Origin: an uncultured delta proteobacterium
GTDB lineage: Bacteria; Desulfobacterota; RBG-13-43-22
Assembly (NCBI GenBank): GCA_963790475.1
Contig: CAWBOS010000010.1
Location: 512,001 to 576,000 of the forward strand
Reading direction: 5' to 3'
Length of the DNA stretch: 64,000 bases
In this document: positions 20,799-29,900 of the stretch, one piece after another
Numbering within the stretch: the stretch's first letter is position 1
Layout: the number at the start of each line of letters is the position of its first letter
Translations under genes and position numbers: made by a program
Notes under the pieces: generated by a model
Databases searched by the model: none
Told to the model about the DNA's origin: nothing
What the model saw: only the letters and a program-made list of their open reading frames with translations

Positions 20799-22064
20799 AT
20801 GAACGATGATGGGAAAATAACCATTCTCCTCGTGGAAGATGAAGCATTCATTGCACTGTCCGAGATGCTGACTCTTAGGGAATACGGTTACAAAGTTATC
20901 CCTGTTTTTACCGGCGAAAAGGCAATAGAAACCGTTGAAAAATCTCCTAAGATCGATCTTGTCTTGATGGACATCAATTTGGGAAAAGGAATGGACGGGA
21001 TTCAAGCCGCCAGGTTAATTCTTGAAAAGCGTACGCTTCCTGTAATCTTTCTATCATCGGCTACCGATCGCCAGGTGGTGGAAAAAACCAAGGAAATAAC
21101 CTCCTATGGCTATATCGTCAAGGGCTTGGAAGAGATAGTACTCATTGCATCTATAGAAATGGCATTCCGACTTTTTGAATCGCAGCTGAAGGAAAGGCAG
21201 CAAGAGAAGGCGCTGAGACAAAGTGAGGAGAAGTATAGGACTATCATCCAGGCAGCCCTGGATGGCTTCTGGCGGGTGAATAGAGAGGGACGTTTACTGG
21301 AAGTCAACGATGCCTATTGCCGGATGAGTGGCTACAGCGCCCAGGAGCTTCTGGCCATGTTTATTCCTGATTTGGAACTTAGCGATTCTACCGATGGCCT
21401 AGCCGCCCATATCCAGAAGATCATGGTGCAGGGAGAGGATCGTTTCGAGTCAAAACACATCCGCAAAGATGGAAGAATCTTTGATATCGAAGTCATCGTC
21501 CAATCCTGCCCCTCTGATGCGGGCCAGTTTGTAGTATTCCTAAGGGACATCACCGATCGTAAAAAGGCTGAGGAAGATCTCAAGACCTTGTCTCTTAAAG
21601 ATGAACTGACCGGCCTCTATAACCGCCGGGGTTTTTTTACATTGGCCGAACAAGGGTTGAAGACGGCCCAACGGATGGGAATAGAGATGTTGCTCATTTT
21701 CGGAGACTTGGATAATATGAAGAGAATTAATGATACCTTCGGCCATAAAGAAGGGGACCAAGCCTTGGTGGATGCTTCACAGATACTTAGGAAAACCTTT
21801 CGGGGGTCGGATATCATCGCCCGGATTGGGGGGGATGAATTTGTCATTCTGGCTATGAACAAACTTGAGACCTCGGCCGAGAAACTTATATCCCGCTTCG
21901 AACAGGTCTTAACTGAACATCATCTCCAAACAAAACGTTCCTATCCCCTCTCACTGAGCCTGGGTATTGCTTATTTTGATCCCCAAAATCCTTGTTCCTT
22001 AGATGTCCTGCTCGCCCAAGCAGACAAATTGATGTATGAGAACAAGCTCAAAAAGGATAGATAA
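20799..22064 (+). CDS. REC-PAS-GGDEF diguanylate cyclase
   Basis: REC (LLVEDE, LMDINL), PAS (VNDAYCRMSGYS, RKDG), DELTGLYNRRG and intact RIGGDEF. Confidence 0.93.
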   Translation: MNDDGKITILLVEDEAFIALSEMLTLREYGYKVIPVFTGEKAIETVEKSPKIDLVLMDINLGKGMDGIQAARLILEKRTLPVIFLSSATDRQVVEKTKEITSYGYIVKGLEEIVLIASIEMAFRLFESQLKERQQEKALRQSEEKYRTIIQAALDGFWRVNREGRLLEVNDAYCRMSGYSAQELLAMFIPDLELSDSTDGLAAHIQKIMVQGEDRFESKHIRKDGRIFDIEVIVQSCPSDAGQFVVFLRDITDRKKAEEDLKTLSLKDELTGLYNRRGFFTLAEQGLKTAQRMGIEMLLIFGDLDNMKRINDTFGHKEGDQALVDASQILRKTFRGSDIIARIGGDEFVILAMNKLETSAEKLISRFEQVLTEHHLQTKRSYPLSLSLGIAYFDPQNPCSLDVLLAQADKLMYENKLKKDR

Positions 22065-22226
22065 GATAGAATTATTAGCCCTGATGCCAATACACACTTC
22101 AAACAGCAATTGTTAATTTGCAGGGCCGTTTTCTAAAACATCTGTAGAGTTGCCAAGCGGGAAAGGTCTGTCTCTTCTTTTCCCCTTTTTTCTGTGACCG
22201 AGAAATATTTAAAAGTGAGGTACCTT

Positions 22227-22766
22227 ATGAAAAAATGGATTATCGATCCTGAACACACCGTCGCCCATTTTACGGCCCGTCACATGATGATTACGGATGT
22301 CCACGGTCAATTCAATAAAATATCCGGTGTTATTTATTTTGATCCTGCAGAAATGGAGAACACTTCCTTGGAGATAGAAATAGATGCCACAAGTATATGG
22401 ACAGGCATTGAACGGAGAGACAACCATCTCCGAAGTGCCGATTTTTTCGACGTTGAAAAATATCCCAAGATTCTTTTCAAAAGTGCAAAGGCCGAAATCG
22501 CCGGGAGCAACTTATTGAAAATTTACGGGGAGTTGACGATTCACGGTATAACTCACACCGTTATTCTTAATACCGAGTACTTCGGTCCAATCCAGTATGA
22601 GGACGAGACGGGTTCATACACTACCATCGGTTTTTCGGCGACCACCTATCTGCGTCGAGAAGATTTCGGCATGAATTGGAACAACAATTTTGGGCCAGGT
22701 AATTTTATGGTCGGAAAGCATATCGATATTACCCTGGATGGGGAAGCGGATCTCTCTCTTGAATGA
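22227..22766 (+). CDS. YceI family protein
   Basis: WIIDPEHT, RDNHLRSADFFDVEKYP, GELTIHG, REDFGM. Confidence 0.92.
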   Translation: MKKWIIDPEHTVAHFTARHMMITDVHGQFNKISGVIYFDPAEMENTSLEIEIDATSIWTGIERRDNHLRSADFFDVEKYPKILFKSAKAEIAGSNLLKIYGELTIHGITHTVILNTEYFGPIQYEDETGSYTTIGFSATTYLRREDFGMNWNNNFGPGNFMVGKHIDITLDGEADLSLE

Positions 22767-22951
22767 ACAGCACCATCCCTGCGCCTTATGAGTTCGATTT
22801 GGGTTTGGAATTTGAATTTCAGACTTGATAAGGATTTCAAAATAATCTTGAAAATATTTCTACTGGGAATTCGAAGGGAATTTTAATAAAGAAGAAGGGC
22901 GGCTAGGCCGATTAGATTATCCTGCGGCCTGTCCGCCCCTCGTTTGCGTTG

Positions 22952-23089
22952 CTATCCAAGCAACGTTCAAGATTTTCAACTCTTGCACTTGTGGCATACC
23001 TTCCCAGGATTTTGTTTCCAGAGCTTCTTCACTTTATCCCAGTAGGCCGCCTCCTTGGCCAGGACCTTGGGGTTCAGCTTATTGGTCAT
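22952..23089 (-). CDS. Unannotated small Cys-rich peptide, candidate selenoprotein. 37 aa to the first TGA (22976); 45 aa if both TGAs are read as Sec.
   Basis: RBS AAGGGAGGTGG then ATG. Translation MTNKLNPKVLAKEAAYWDKVKKLWKQNPGKVCHKCKS(TGA)KS(TGA)TLLG(TAG). Hairpin CGTTGCT-TGGAT-AGCAACG follows. Confidence 0.6.
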
Positions 23090-23148
23090 CCCGATCCACC
23101 TCCCTTCTCGCAAAGGTTTGACCTATGATACCAGTTAGTGGAGGGATG

Positions 23149-23440
23149 TCAAAGCCATTTTTTCGAGCGGATCACCTTTCCTGGAGAACTCCCAAAGAGG
23201 CAGGCATCAACGCAGGCCGCCTTTTTTCCCCTATTTGATGGATGTGCCTTTTCGCAAAATTTTTTCAGACATTCCCGTTTATGACCGGTAATCGCAGCCA
23301 TCGTCTTCGAGTCGCAAGACCTGAATACCGGCCTGGCGAGGATTAAGCGGCCCCGGATCGTAAGAGGAGCAGGCGACCTGACAACGTTGACAACCGCGGC
23401 AGTTTTCGGAATTGATCCTGATGGAATCTGCATAACTCAT
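23149..23440 (-). pseudogene. Frameshifted 4Fe-4S dicluster ferredoxin-like protein
   Basis: RBS GAGGAG, ATG 23440: MSYADSIRINSENCRGCQRCQVACS..LNPRQAGIQV.., stop at 23279. The second half (ECLKKFC...ACVDACLFG) continues in another frame. Confidence 0.75.
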
Positions 23441-23478
23441 GTCGGTCTCCTCACTTGTAATTCATAGTGTTTTTCAAC

Positions 23479-23533
23479 AAAAAAAATCCCCAAAACTGAC
23501 CTTGTCGGCTTGGAGATTTACCTTCTCTCCAAG
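23479..23533 (-). terminator. Riboswitch expression platform: intrinsic terminator with a competing helix
   Basis: Minus strand AAATCTCCAAG..TTGGGGATTT plus U-run; upstream CTTGGAGA can alternatively pair with TCTCCAAG. Confidence 0.65.
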
Positions 23534-23542
23534 TCTTTAGTC

Positions 23543-23726
23543 GGGCATTGGCAGGTCTTCTGACTGATGGATCATCCTAATCCCCGCGCTTTCCCAGATC
23601 GTTTCGTTTCATTAAGCCTATGACCCGGTGACAATCTTTGCGGGTTTCGTCCCCATACACAGCGGCGGGTCCGTGCCGTAATCTCACCGGCTTCCCTTTT
23701 GGGCTCGAAAGAGCCACCAAACGTCC
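23543..23726 (-). ncRNA. Cobalamin riboswitch
   Basis: Minus strand AAAAGGGAAGCCGGTG..CGGCACGGACCCGCCGCTGT..GTCACCG..TGGGAAAG..AGTCAGAAGACCTGCC. TTGACA upstream at 23776-23771. Confidence 0.9.
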
Positions 23727-24366
23727 ATGAATTAGTTCGTAATCCACTTTTACCGCACCCGGTCTATTCCTGTCAATAAAAAGGGGACACCCAATCAGTT
23801 CTTGGTGGAATTGCCGGGAGAAATAAGGCTTTTAAGCCACGCGGGGAAGAGAGAATTTATGGAATCTTCACGACAGGTATAAGAGGAAACCTGTAGACCG
23901 GCAAGGGTAGAACAGATAGAATTTTCCCTGAAGTCAGTTAAAGAAGAAAGGATGATATCCTTTCTGAAATGTTGCTAAGTGAATTGGAATAGGCCGCTTT
24001 GTTATAAAGTTATAACAGCATGTTTGGATTGGAAAATGGAATATTTTCCTCGCCAAAAGCCGATTATTTTAGTTTCCTTTTTATCAATCTGCTTTTTAGT
24101 AGGCATCGTTTTTTCAAGCTACTATATAATGAGCGAGCTTGATATGTTTTCTCCTAATCTCTCCTTTGAGGACCAAGACCCGGGTACTCTGACTACCGTT
24201 GAGAAAGTCAATCTATCCTTTTCTTATTTAGAGCCCCCCTTATTGCCTATCTGTAATTCATTCCTTCAGGCCACTCTTGTTTTACAAATCTCCCTCGACA
24301 GCTCAATAAACTGCCCTAATCCCTTTGCGGAGGCTTTTTTTTGACCACTCAAGAAAGGAAAGAACC

Positions 24367-24654
24367 ATGAGTGCATACGCAATCTTCGATGTCGAAATCC
24401 GCGACCTTGCACGTTACCAGGAGTTCATGAAAGCTGTGAAGCCCGCGCTCGAAGCGGCTGGAGGAAAGTATCTTGCACGAGGCGGAGCGCATAAGGTTTA
24501 TGAAGGGGACTGGCAGCCAAGGCGAATCGTGCTTCTTGAGTTTCCGTCCATGGCAGCAATGGAAGAGTTCTACAATGGATCCGTATACCGCGAACTCAAA
24601 AGCATGAGAGAGGAGTGCAGTTCTGCTCGGCTCGTATGTGTTGAAGGCATTTAG
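24367..24654 (+). CDS. DUF1330 domain protein
   Basis: AYAIFDV, GGKYLARGG..EGDW.P.RIVLLEFPS. Confidence 0.88.
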   Translation: MSAYAIFDVEIRDLARYQEFMKAVKPALEAAGGKYLARGGAHKVYEGDWQPRRIVLLEFPSMAAMEEFYNGSVYRELKSMREECSSARLVCVEGI

Positions 24655-24810
24655 CCAAAATATCACGCCAATCGCAACGGTGATGCCTAACCCCAACCTA
24701 TTTGGAGCGGGAAATGAAGTGGGAGTTTCGGCAACATCCAATATAAATCCTCCATAGGGGATCAAGCCCTTGTGGAGGCTTGTTTTTCACCTTGTCCCTT
24801 TTTTACTCAC

Positions 24811-24839
24811 TTGACTCCTCTTTCCTCCTAATCTATATT
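24811..24839 (+). promoter_or_regulatory. Putative sigma70 promoter
   Basis: TTGACT-17 nt-TATATT. Confidence 0.5.
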
Positions 24840-24882
24840 CCTAATTGATGAAATGTGGGTCTAAGGACAGGAGAGGGCAGGC

Positions 24883-25638
24883 ATGCTGAAAATCGGACAC
24901 CGGGGCGCCATGGGCTATGCCCCTGAAAACACTCTGGGCTCCTTGGCCAAGGCCCTGGAACTTGGTGTGGATGGGATTGAGTTGGAAAAAATCTTAGTTT
25001 CCGATTTTGACGGGACCATGACCTCTCTTGACTTTTACCAAGTGGCCCTCGAATATCTCCCGGTATCGGCCGCTTCTATTTGGGAAGCGCATATGAGGGA
25101 AGAGATGGGTCTTTTTGATGCCCTGGCGGGAATATTTGCCCGGCTGCATTGCTCGGAAGCGCAGATGGAGGTCCTGTTGAAAAAGGTAGGATTAGACCTG
25201 GGGATAAAAAAGGCCTGCAACCGTCTGCTCGACCATGGATGGCGGCTGGTCATCGCCTCGGCCGGGTGTGCCTGGTATATTGATAAGCTTCTCACCCCCC
25301 TCAACATTGAGGCCGAGATTCACGCCAACCCCGGCCATTTCAGCGAAGCGGAGGGGCTGATCATGGAGCTCCCCATCGCCTCCCGTTATTGCAGCCGGGA
25401 AACCGGTATCGATAAAACCCGTTTGGTTCATGCGGTCCATGGCCGTAGTGTTGTGGCCTTTGCCGGTGACGGTCCGCCGGACTTAGGTCCGGCGCTTCTG
25501 GTTCCTCCGTCGCTGCGCTTTGCCAAAGGAAAGCTGGCCGAAGAACTGAAGGAAAGAGGGGAGGGCTTTAAACGGTTCCGATCCTGGAGTGAGGTGGTCG
25601 ATAATCTTCTTGACGGCAGTACGGAATATCGACAATAA
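24883..25638 (+). CDS. MtnX-like HAD-IB phosphatase carrying an N-terminal glycerophosphodiester phosphodiesterase fragment
   Basis: First 34 aa IGHRGAMGYAPENT..GVDGIEL (GDPD start), then SDFDGT, IASAG, GIDK and AGDGPPD (HAD motifs). Confidence 0.8.
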   Translation: MLKIGHRGAMGYAPENTLGSLAKALELGVDGIELEKILVSDFDGTMTSLDFYQVALEYLPVSAASIWEAHMREEMGLFDALAGIFARLHCSEAQMEVLLKKVGLDLGIKKACNRLLDHGWRLVIASAGCAWYIDKLLTPLNIEAEIHANPGHFSEAEGLIMELPIASRYCSRETGIDKTRLVHAVHGRSVVAFAGDGPPDLGPALLVPPSLRFAKGKLAEELKERGEGFKRFRSWSEVVDNLLDGSTEYRQ

Positions 25639-25647
25639 TCCCCCCTT

Positions 25648-26538
25648 CTATTTTTTCATACCAAGTTCGATTAAAAAGCGGTCAAATTCAGGCGTCCAGA
25701 TGGGAATAGCGTTTTTGGAAACAAAGAGGAAATGACCGTCATACCCAAAAGGTGGCTGTATCACCAGCCGACCTTTGGCCCCGGCTTCCTCGAAGGCCGC
25801 AAACATCTCCCTGACGACTCTTGGCCCAAAAAAAAGGTCATTTTCAGCATAGTGCCAGAGAACCGGAACTTTTATCGTCTTGGCAAATTTTCTTATTGTT
25901 TCGACCAGTCGCTCCGGGGCGCAGGGGATTCCGGGGTGGGTCTCAGGGCTTCCGCCATTTCCTCCGGCAAAATTGACCACGCCGATAATACCGGGAGGAT
26001 TCAGGCTGGCGGCGGCCAAAGAGCCAAGGCCTCCGGCTGATTGGCCGACCAAAAGAATTTGGTCGGGTCGTACGAAAGAAAGTTTAGAAGCAAAGGTTAA
26101 AGTCGCCAGGATATCCCTGGCCGTTTCCATAGCGGCTTCATAGTAGAGAGGGGTATCGCATGGGCCGAAATCTTCAGCCCAGGGTCCCCCGGAGCTTCCG
26201 TGACCCCGCCGGATGGGGACAATAACGGCAAAGCCGCGTTTTAGAAATTCACGGATTTGGGGAATAACCCGGAACCGGCCGATGTCATGAAGGAAAACGG
26301 AGTCTCTCCTGGTCCCATGGCTTAAGACGATGAGGGGAAAGGGGCCGTTGCCCGGAGGATGAAAGGTGGTAGCCGTTAATAGTATCTCTTTCTTCCCCAA
26401 GCTGCCGTCCAGGAACAGGGGAACCCGGACAACTTCCTCGTTGAGATCAGCCAGAATTTCTTCATCCTGTGCCAGAACCGACCACGGGAAAAGGAGAAGG
26501 AAAAATACGATCAGGTATCTGAATTGTTTATTATCCAT
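25648..26538 (-). CDS. Secreted dienelactone hydrolase-like alpha/beta hydrolase
   Basis: Signal peptide; GPFPLIVLSHG, RRGHG.S, GQSAGG nucleophile elbow, END, DGH. Confidence 0.82.
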   Translation of the reverse strand: MDNKQFRYLIVFFLLLFPWSVLAQDEEILADLNEEVVRVPLFLDGSLGKKEILLTATTFHPPGNGPFPLIVLSHGTRRDSVFLHDIGRFRVIPQIREFLKRGFAVIVPIRRGHGSSGGPWAEDFGPCDTPLYYEAAMETARDILATLTFASKLSFVRPDQILLVGQSAGGLGSLAAASLNPPGIIGVVNFAGGNGGSPETHPGIPCAPERLVETIRKFAKTIKVPVLWHYAENDLFFGPRVVREMFAAFEEAGAKGRLVIQPPFGYDGHFLFVSKNAIPIWTPEFDRFLIELGMKK

Positions 26539-26643
26539 TTCCTTTTTCCCTTTCTTGAGCATTGATTGGCTCATTGGTTGGGGATTTTTTTGTTTTATGA
26601 CCGCGCCTCTCCTTTTGGCGGCGTTTCAATCTTCAAAACCAAA

Positions 26644-27432
26644 TTATTTTTTCTGGATGAATTTCTGAGCCTCGGCGCTAAAGGATTGGCCGCTGCCGGC
26701 ACCTAAGCAGATATCGGTTTCCAGGCGTAACCCCCAGTCCAAGGGGGTGGACATCGACATATTAACCGCTCGTTTGGCACCGGCGACATGGCGCGGATTC
26801 AGTTTGGCCATTTCTTCAGCCAGTTTCCTGGCCTCGGACATCAATTGGTCTTTGGGATAGACATGGCTGACCAGATTGATCCGGAGGGCTTCCTGGGCAT
26901 TGATGCGGCGGCCGGTAATAATCAGCTCTTTGGCATAAGCCGGGCCCACAATCCGGGGCAAACGTTGAGTGGAGCCGAGATCGGGGATGACGCCGAGGGG
27001 CATCTCGGGCAAAGCGAACACGGCCTGTTCGACGCAAAGGCGGATGTCACAACAGAGACTCAGTTCAAAGGCCGCGCCGAGGCAATAGCCGTTGATGGCC
27101 GCAATCACCGGAACCGCCAGTTCTTCATACATGGTGAAAATGGACTTTAGCCCGTAAAGACGGTCAAAGCCGTCCCGGTACGCCCCCAGCAAGGCCGATC
27201 CGGATCCACCTCCGGCGATCATTTTCAGATCCATACCGGCACTGAAGGCCCGCTCGCCGGCGCCGGTCATGATGACCACGCGAATCTCAGGCGTCTCCTT
27301 GATTCTCTGGGCCGCAGCCATCAGGGCACGGTAAGAATCCTGATTGAAGGCGTTCATCGCTTCCGGCCTGTTCAAGGTAACCGTGGCGATGGTTTCATCG
27401 ATGGTCAGCAATACTGTTTGATTGTCCGTCAT
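26644..27432 (-). CDS. Enoyl-CoA hydratase/isomerase family protein
   Basis: [32 protein letters not shown]. Confidence 0.92.
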   Translation of the reverse strand: MTDNQTVLLTIDETIATVTLNRPEAMNAFNQDSYRALMAAAQRIKETPEIRVVIMTGAGERAFSAGMDLKMIAGGGSGSALLGAYRDGFDRLYGLKSIFTMYEELAVPVIAAINGYCLGAAFELSLCCDIRLCVEQAVFALPEMPLGVIPDLGSTQRLPRIVGPAYAKELIITGRRINAQEALRINLVSHVYPKDQLMSEARKLAEEMAKLNPRHVAGAKRAVNMSMSTPLDWGLRLETDICLGAGSGQSFSAEAQKFIQKK

Positions 27433-27672
27433 AACTCTCTTCCTTTCTTTATAACATTATTGATTTAGTATGATAGCAATCGAGCGTTCAAGAGTCAATC
27501 GACCAGACGACGAATTTTTTTCCTATTTTCCCTTGACTCCTATTTCTTTCTCATCTTATACTCCCCCACATATTAAAGCAAGCCTGTAACGGGAAAGGTT
27601 TGAAAATTTGAATAGAAGGTCCAGGCCCTTTGTTTTTAAGGCCAGGCTTGATTTTTGGAGGTCGAAGATTTT

Positions 27673-28914
27673 ATGAAAAAAGCAAGATTAAGTGAAACCG
27701 GGTCTGCCCGCGAAACCCAACGACCGGAAAATCCCGTGAAAGGGATCTGGATGCTCCCCGGTTTTGGAAACACGGGAGTGGTCGAAACCTCCCAAGGGCT
27801 GGCCCTGGTAGATGTCCCCGGGTACCACTGGGTCGGGCGAATGATGGAGATGCTCAGAGAAAATTTTAAAACCCCGGTGCACACGATCTTTCTCACCCAT
27901 GGTCACCTGGATCATGCCTTAACCCTGGACCGGGTTTTTGAAGAAAACGAAAAAAAAGGTTGTACGGGACCTCGGGTGATCGCTCACAGGAATCTGGTTA
28001 AACGATTCAATCGCTATCGAATGCTCGCCGGCTATCACGACCATATCAACCGGATTCAATTCGCCGTTCCTGAAGGGGTCTCGGCTTTTCCTCTTCCCCA
28101 ACGGTATCCCGATATCACCTTTGATCAAAGCCTCAGCCTTTCCATCGGCGGGCTGGATTTTCATGCCTTTCATGAACTGGGGGAGACCGACGACGCCCTG
28201 TGGGTCTGGGTCCCTGAAAAAAAAGCGGTTTTCGCCGGGGATATGGTCATCATGGGCATGCCCAATGTAGGCAATCCTTTCAAGGTTCAACGATATACCC
28301 TGGAATGGGCTGAAGGACTTGAGGCCATCGTGGCCAGGGAGCCGGAGATCCTTATCCCCGGTCATAGTCCTATCATTCTAGGAAAAGAAAAGATTCGAAA
28401 ACAATTGCTCACCGTATCCCGGGCCCTTCGATACCTCCATGATCAGGTGGTCAAGCGCCTTAATGCCGGTATGTGGTATGAGGACATCCTTCATGAAGTG
28501 GATTTGCCCGAGGATTTAAAATCTTCAGAGCATCTGGCGCCTGTGTATGGATGTCCGAAATTTGTGGTTCACGGCATTCTCCGCCAGTACACCGGCTGGT
28601 ATGACGGTAACCCCTCAAACCTTTTCCCTCCTAAAAAGGCCGAGATCCAAAAAGAGATTGCCTCTTTGATTGGAAAAGGGAAAGTGATAAAAAAAGCCCT
28701 TGATCTCAAAGAAAAAGGGAGGACGGCCATGGCCCTTCAATTCGTGGATATAGCTTTGTCCGCCGATCCGGACCCGGAGGAAGAGAAAAAGTTACACCAT
28801 CTGAAGGGTGAGCTGCTTGGCATCATGGGGGATAACGAACCCAGCTACATTGCCCGGAATATTTTTTACAACGGGCACAATCAGGAGATGAAATTAGCCG
28901 GGGTGAAGGATTGA
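27673..28914 (+). CDS. Alkyl-sulfatase-like metallo-beta-lactamase fold hydrolase
   Basis: THGHLDH, GETDD, AGD, PGH, YTGWYDGNP (alkyl sulfatase dimerisation region). Confidence 0.82.
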   Translation: MKKARLSETGSARETQRPENPVKGIWMLPGFGNTGVVETSQGLALVDVPGYHWVGRMMEMLRENFKTPVHTIFLTHGHLDHALTLDRVFEENEKKGCTGPRVIAHRNLVKRFNRYRMLAGYHDHINRIQFAVPEGVSAFPLPQRYPDITFDQSLSLSIGGLDFHAFHELGETDDALWVWVPEKKAVFAGDMVIMGMPNVGNPFKVQRYTLEWAEGLEAIVAREPEILIPGHSPIILGKEKIRKQLLTVSRALRYLHDQVVKRLNAGMWYEDILHEVDLPEDLKSSEHLAPVYGCPKFVVHGILRQYTGWYDGNPSNLFPPKKAEIQKEIASLIGKGKVIKKALDLKEKGRTAMALQFVDIALSADPDPEEEKKLHHLKGELLGIMGDNEPSYIARNIFYNGHNQEMKLAGVKD

Positions 28915-28955
28915 AGAAAAAAGGGAGTTGGATGTAGGAACAGGAGGACCGCCAA

Positions 28956-29756
28956 TTGAAAATCGTGGTTTTAATCAAGCAGGTTCCAGCCACCGATAAG
29001 GTCAAGATGGATGAGGAGACCGGAACGATGATCCGGGAGGGCATAGAATCCGAAATCAATCCACTGGACTTATACGCGATCGAAGAAGCCGTCAGGATCA
29101 AAGAGAGGGTGGGAACCGGGGTTGAGATCAGTGTGATCTCCATGGGACCCAAGAAAGCCGAGGAAGCTATCCGAAGCGCCATTGCCCTTGGGTGTGACCA
29201 AGGATACCTCCTTTCAGACCGCAAATTTGCCGGTTCCGACACTTGGGTTACGGCCTACACCCTTTCCCAGGGGATAATAAAGATCATCGGTTCATTCGAC
29301 CTGATCCTCTGCGGAGAGAGAGCAACCGATGGAGAGACCGGACAGGTCGGGCCGGAAGTAGGGGCCTATTTGGATCTTCCGGTTCTCACCTATGTCAGCA
29401 AGATCGAGGAAATCGGCCAAGAAAAAATTGTTGCCCATCGCGCTATCGAAGGGGGCCACGAACGGGTCGAGGCACCCCTGCCGGTGCTGATCAGTGTGGT
29501 CAAAGAAATTAATACGCCCCGGATGCCCAATTTCAGCGGAAAGATGAAGGCCAAGAAGGTTGAAATCCCCCTGGTAACAGCGGATGATATCGGGGCCGAC
29601 GAATCAAGACTGGGGCTTAAAGGGTCGCCTACCAGGGTGGTCAAGATCTTTCATCCCCAGGTGGCCCGAAAGGGAAAGATTGTTTCCGCAGCCGGTGATC
29701 CGGATGGAGCGGTGAATGGTCTGGTGGGTTTTCTGGCCGAGAAAGCGATTATATAA
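28956..29756 (+). CDS. etfB: Electron transfer flavoprotein beta subunit
   Basis: KQVP, INPLDLYAIEEA, MGP, DRKFAGSDT, GERATDGETGQVGP, GLKGSPT. Confidence 0.95.
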   Translation: MKIVVLIKQVPATDKVKMDEETGTMIREGIESEINPLDLYAIEEAVRIKERVGTGVEISVISMGPKKAEEAIRSAIALGCDQGYLLSDRKFAGSDTWVTAYTLSQGIIKIIGSFDLILCGERATDGETGQVGPEVGAYLDLPVLTYVSKIEEIGQEKIVAHRAIEGGHERVEAPLPVLISVVKEINTPRMPNFSGKMKAKKVEIPLVTADDIGADESRLGLKGSPTRVVKIFHPQVARKGKIVSAAGDPDGAVNGLVGFLAEKAII

Positions 29757-29759
29757 ATC

Positions 29760-29850
29760 AAGGTTCAAGGTCTGAGGTGTAAGGGTTCAAGGTTTTTCCA
29801 TAAGCCAAAAACCATACACCCTTATACCTTGCACCTTGTACCTTATACCT
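29760..29850. repeat. Degenerate heptamer tandem repeats in inverted arrangement
   Basis: AAGGTTC/AAGGTCT/GAGGTGT units versus CCTTATA/CCTTGCA/CCTTGTA units. Confidence 0.6.
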
Positions 29851-29900
29851 ACTTATACCCTGGACCGTACACTTAAAAATATTTTGTAAAAGGAAACTAA

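Noticed and set aside
23149-23433. ORF-track 94-aa protein MQIPSGSIPK...
   Set aside because: Its 5' half is the wrong frame of the ferredoxin that starts at ATG 23440 behind the RBS. Only its 3' half is real coding sequence.
23979-24344. 121-aa ORF with a hydrophobic stretch
   Set aside because: No clear RBS or recognisable motif, and it overlaps a likely operator. Not supportable as a gene.
24340-24720. DUF1330 gene as an integron cassette (GCCTAAC downstream)
   Set aside because: No matching GTTRRRY end or full attC palindrome could be traced, and there is no integrase or cassette array.
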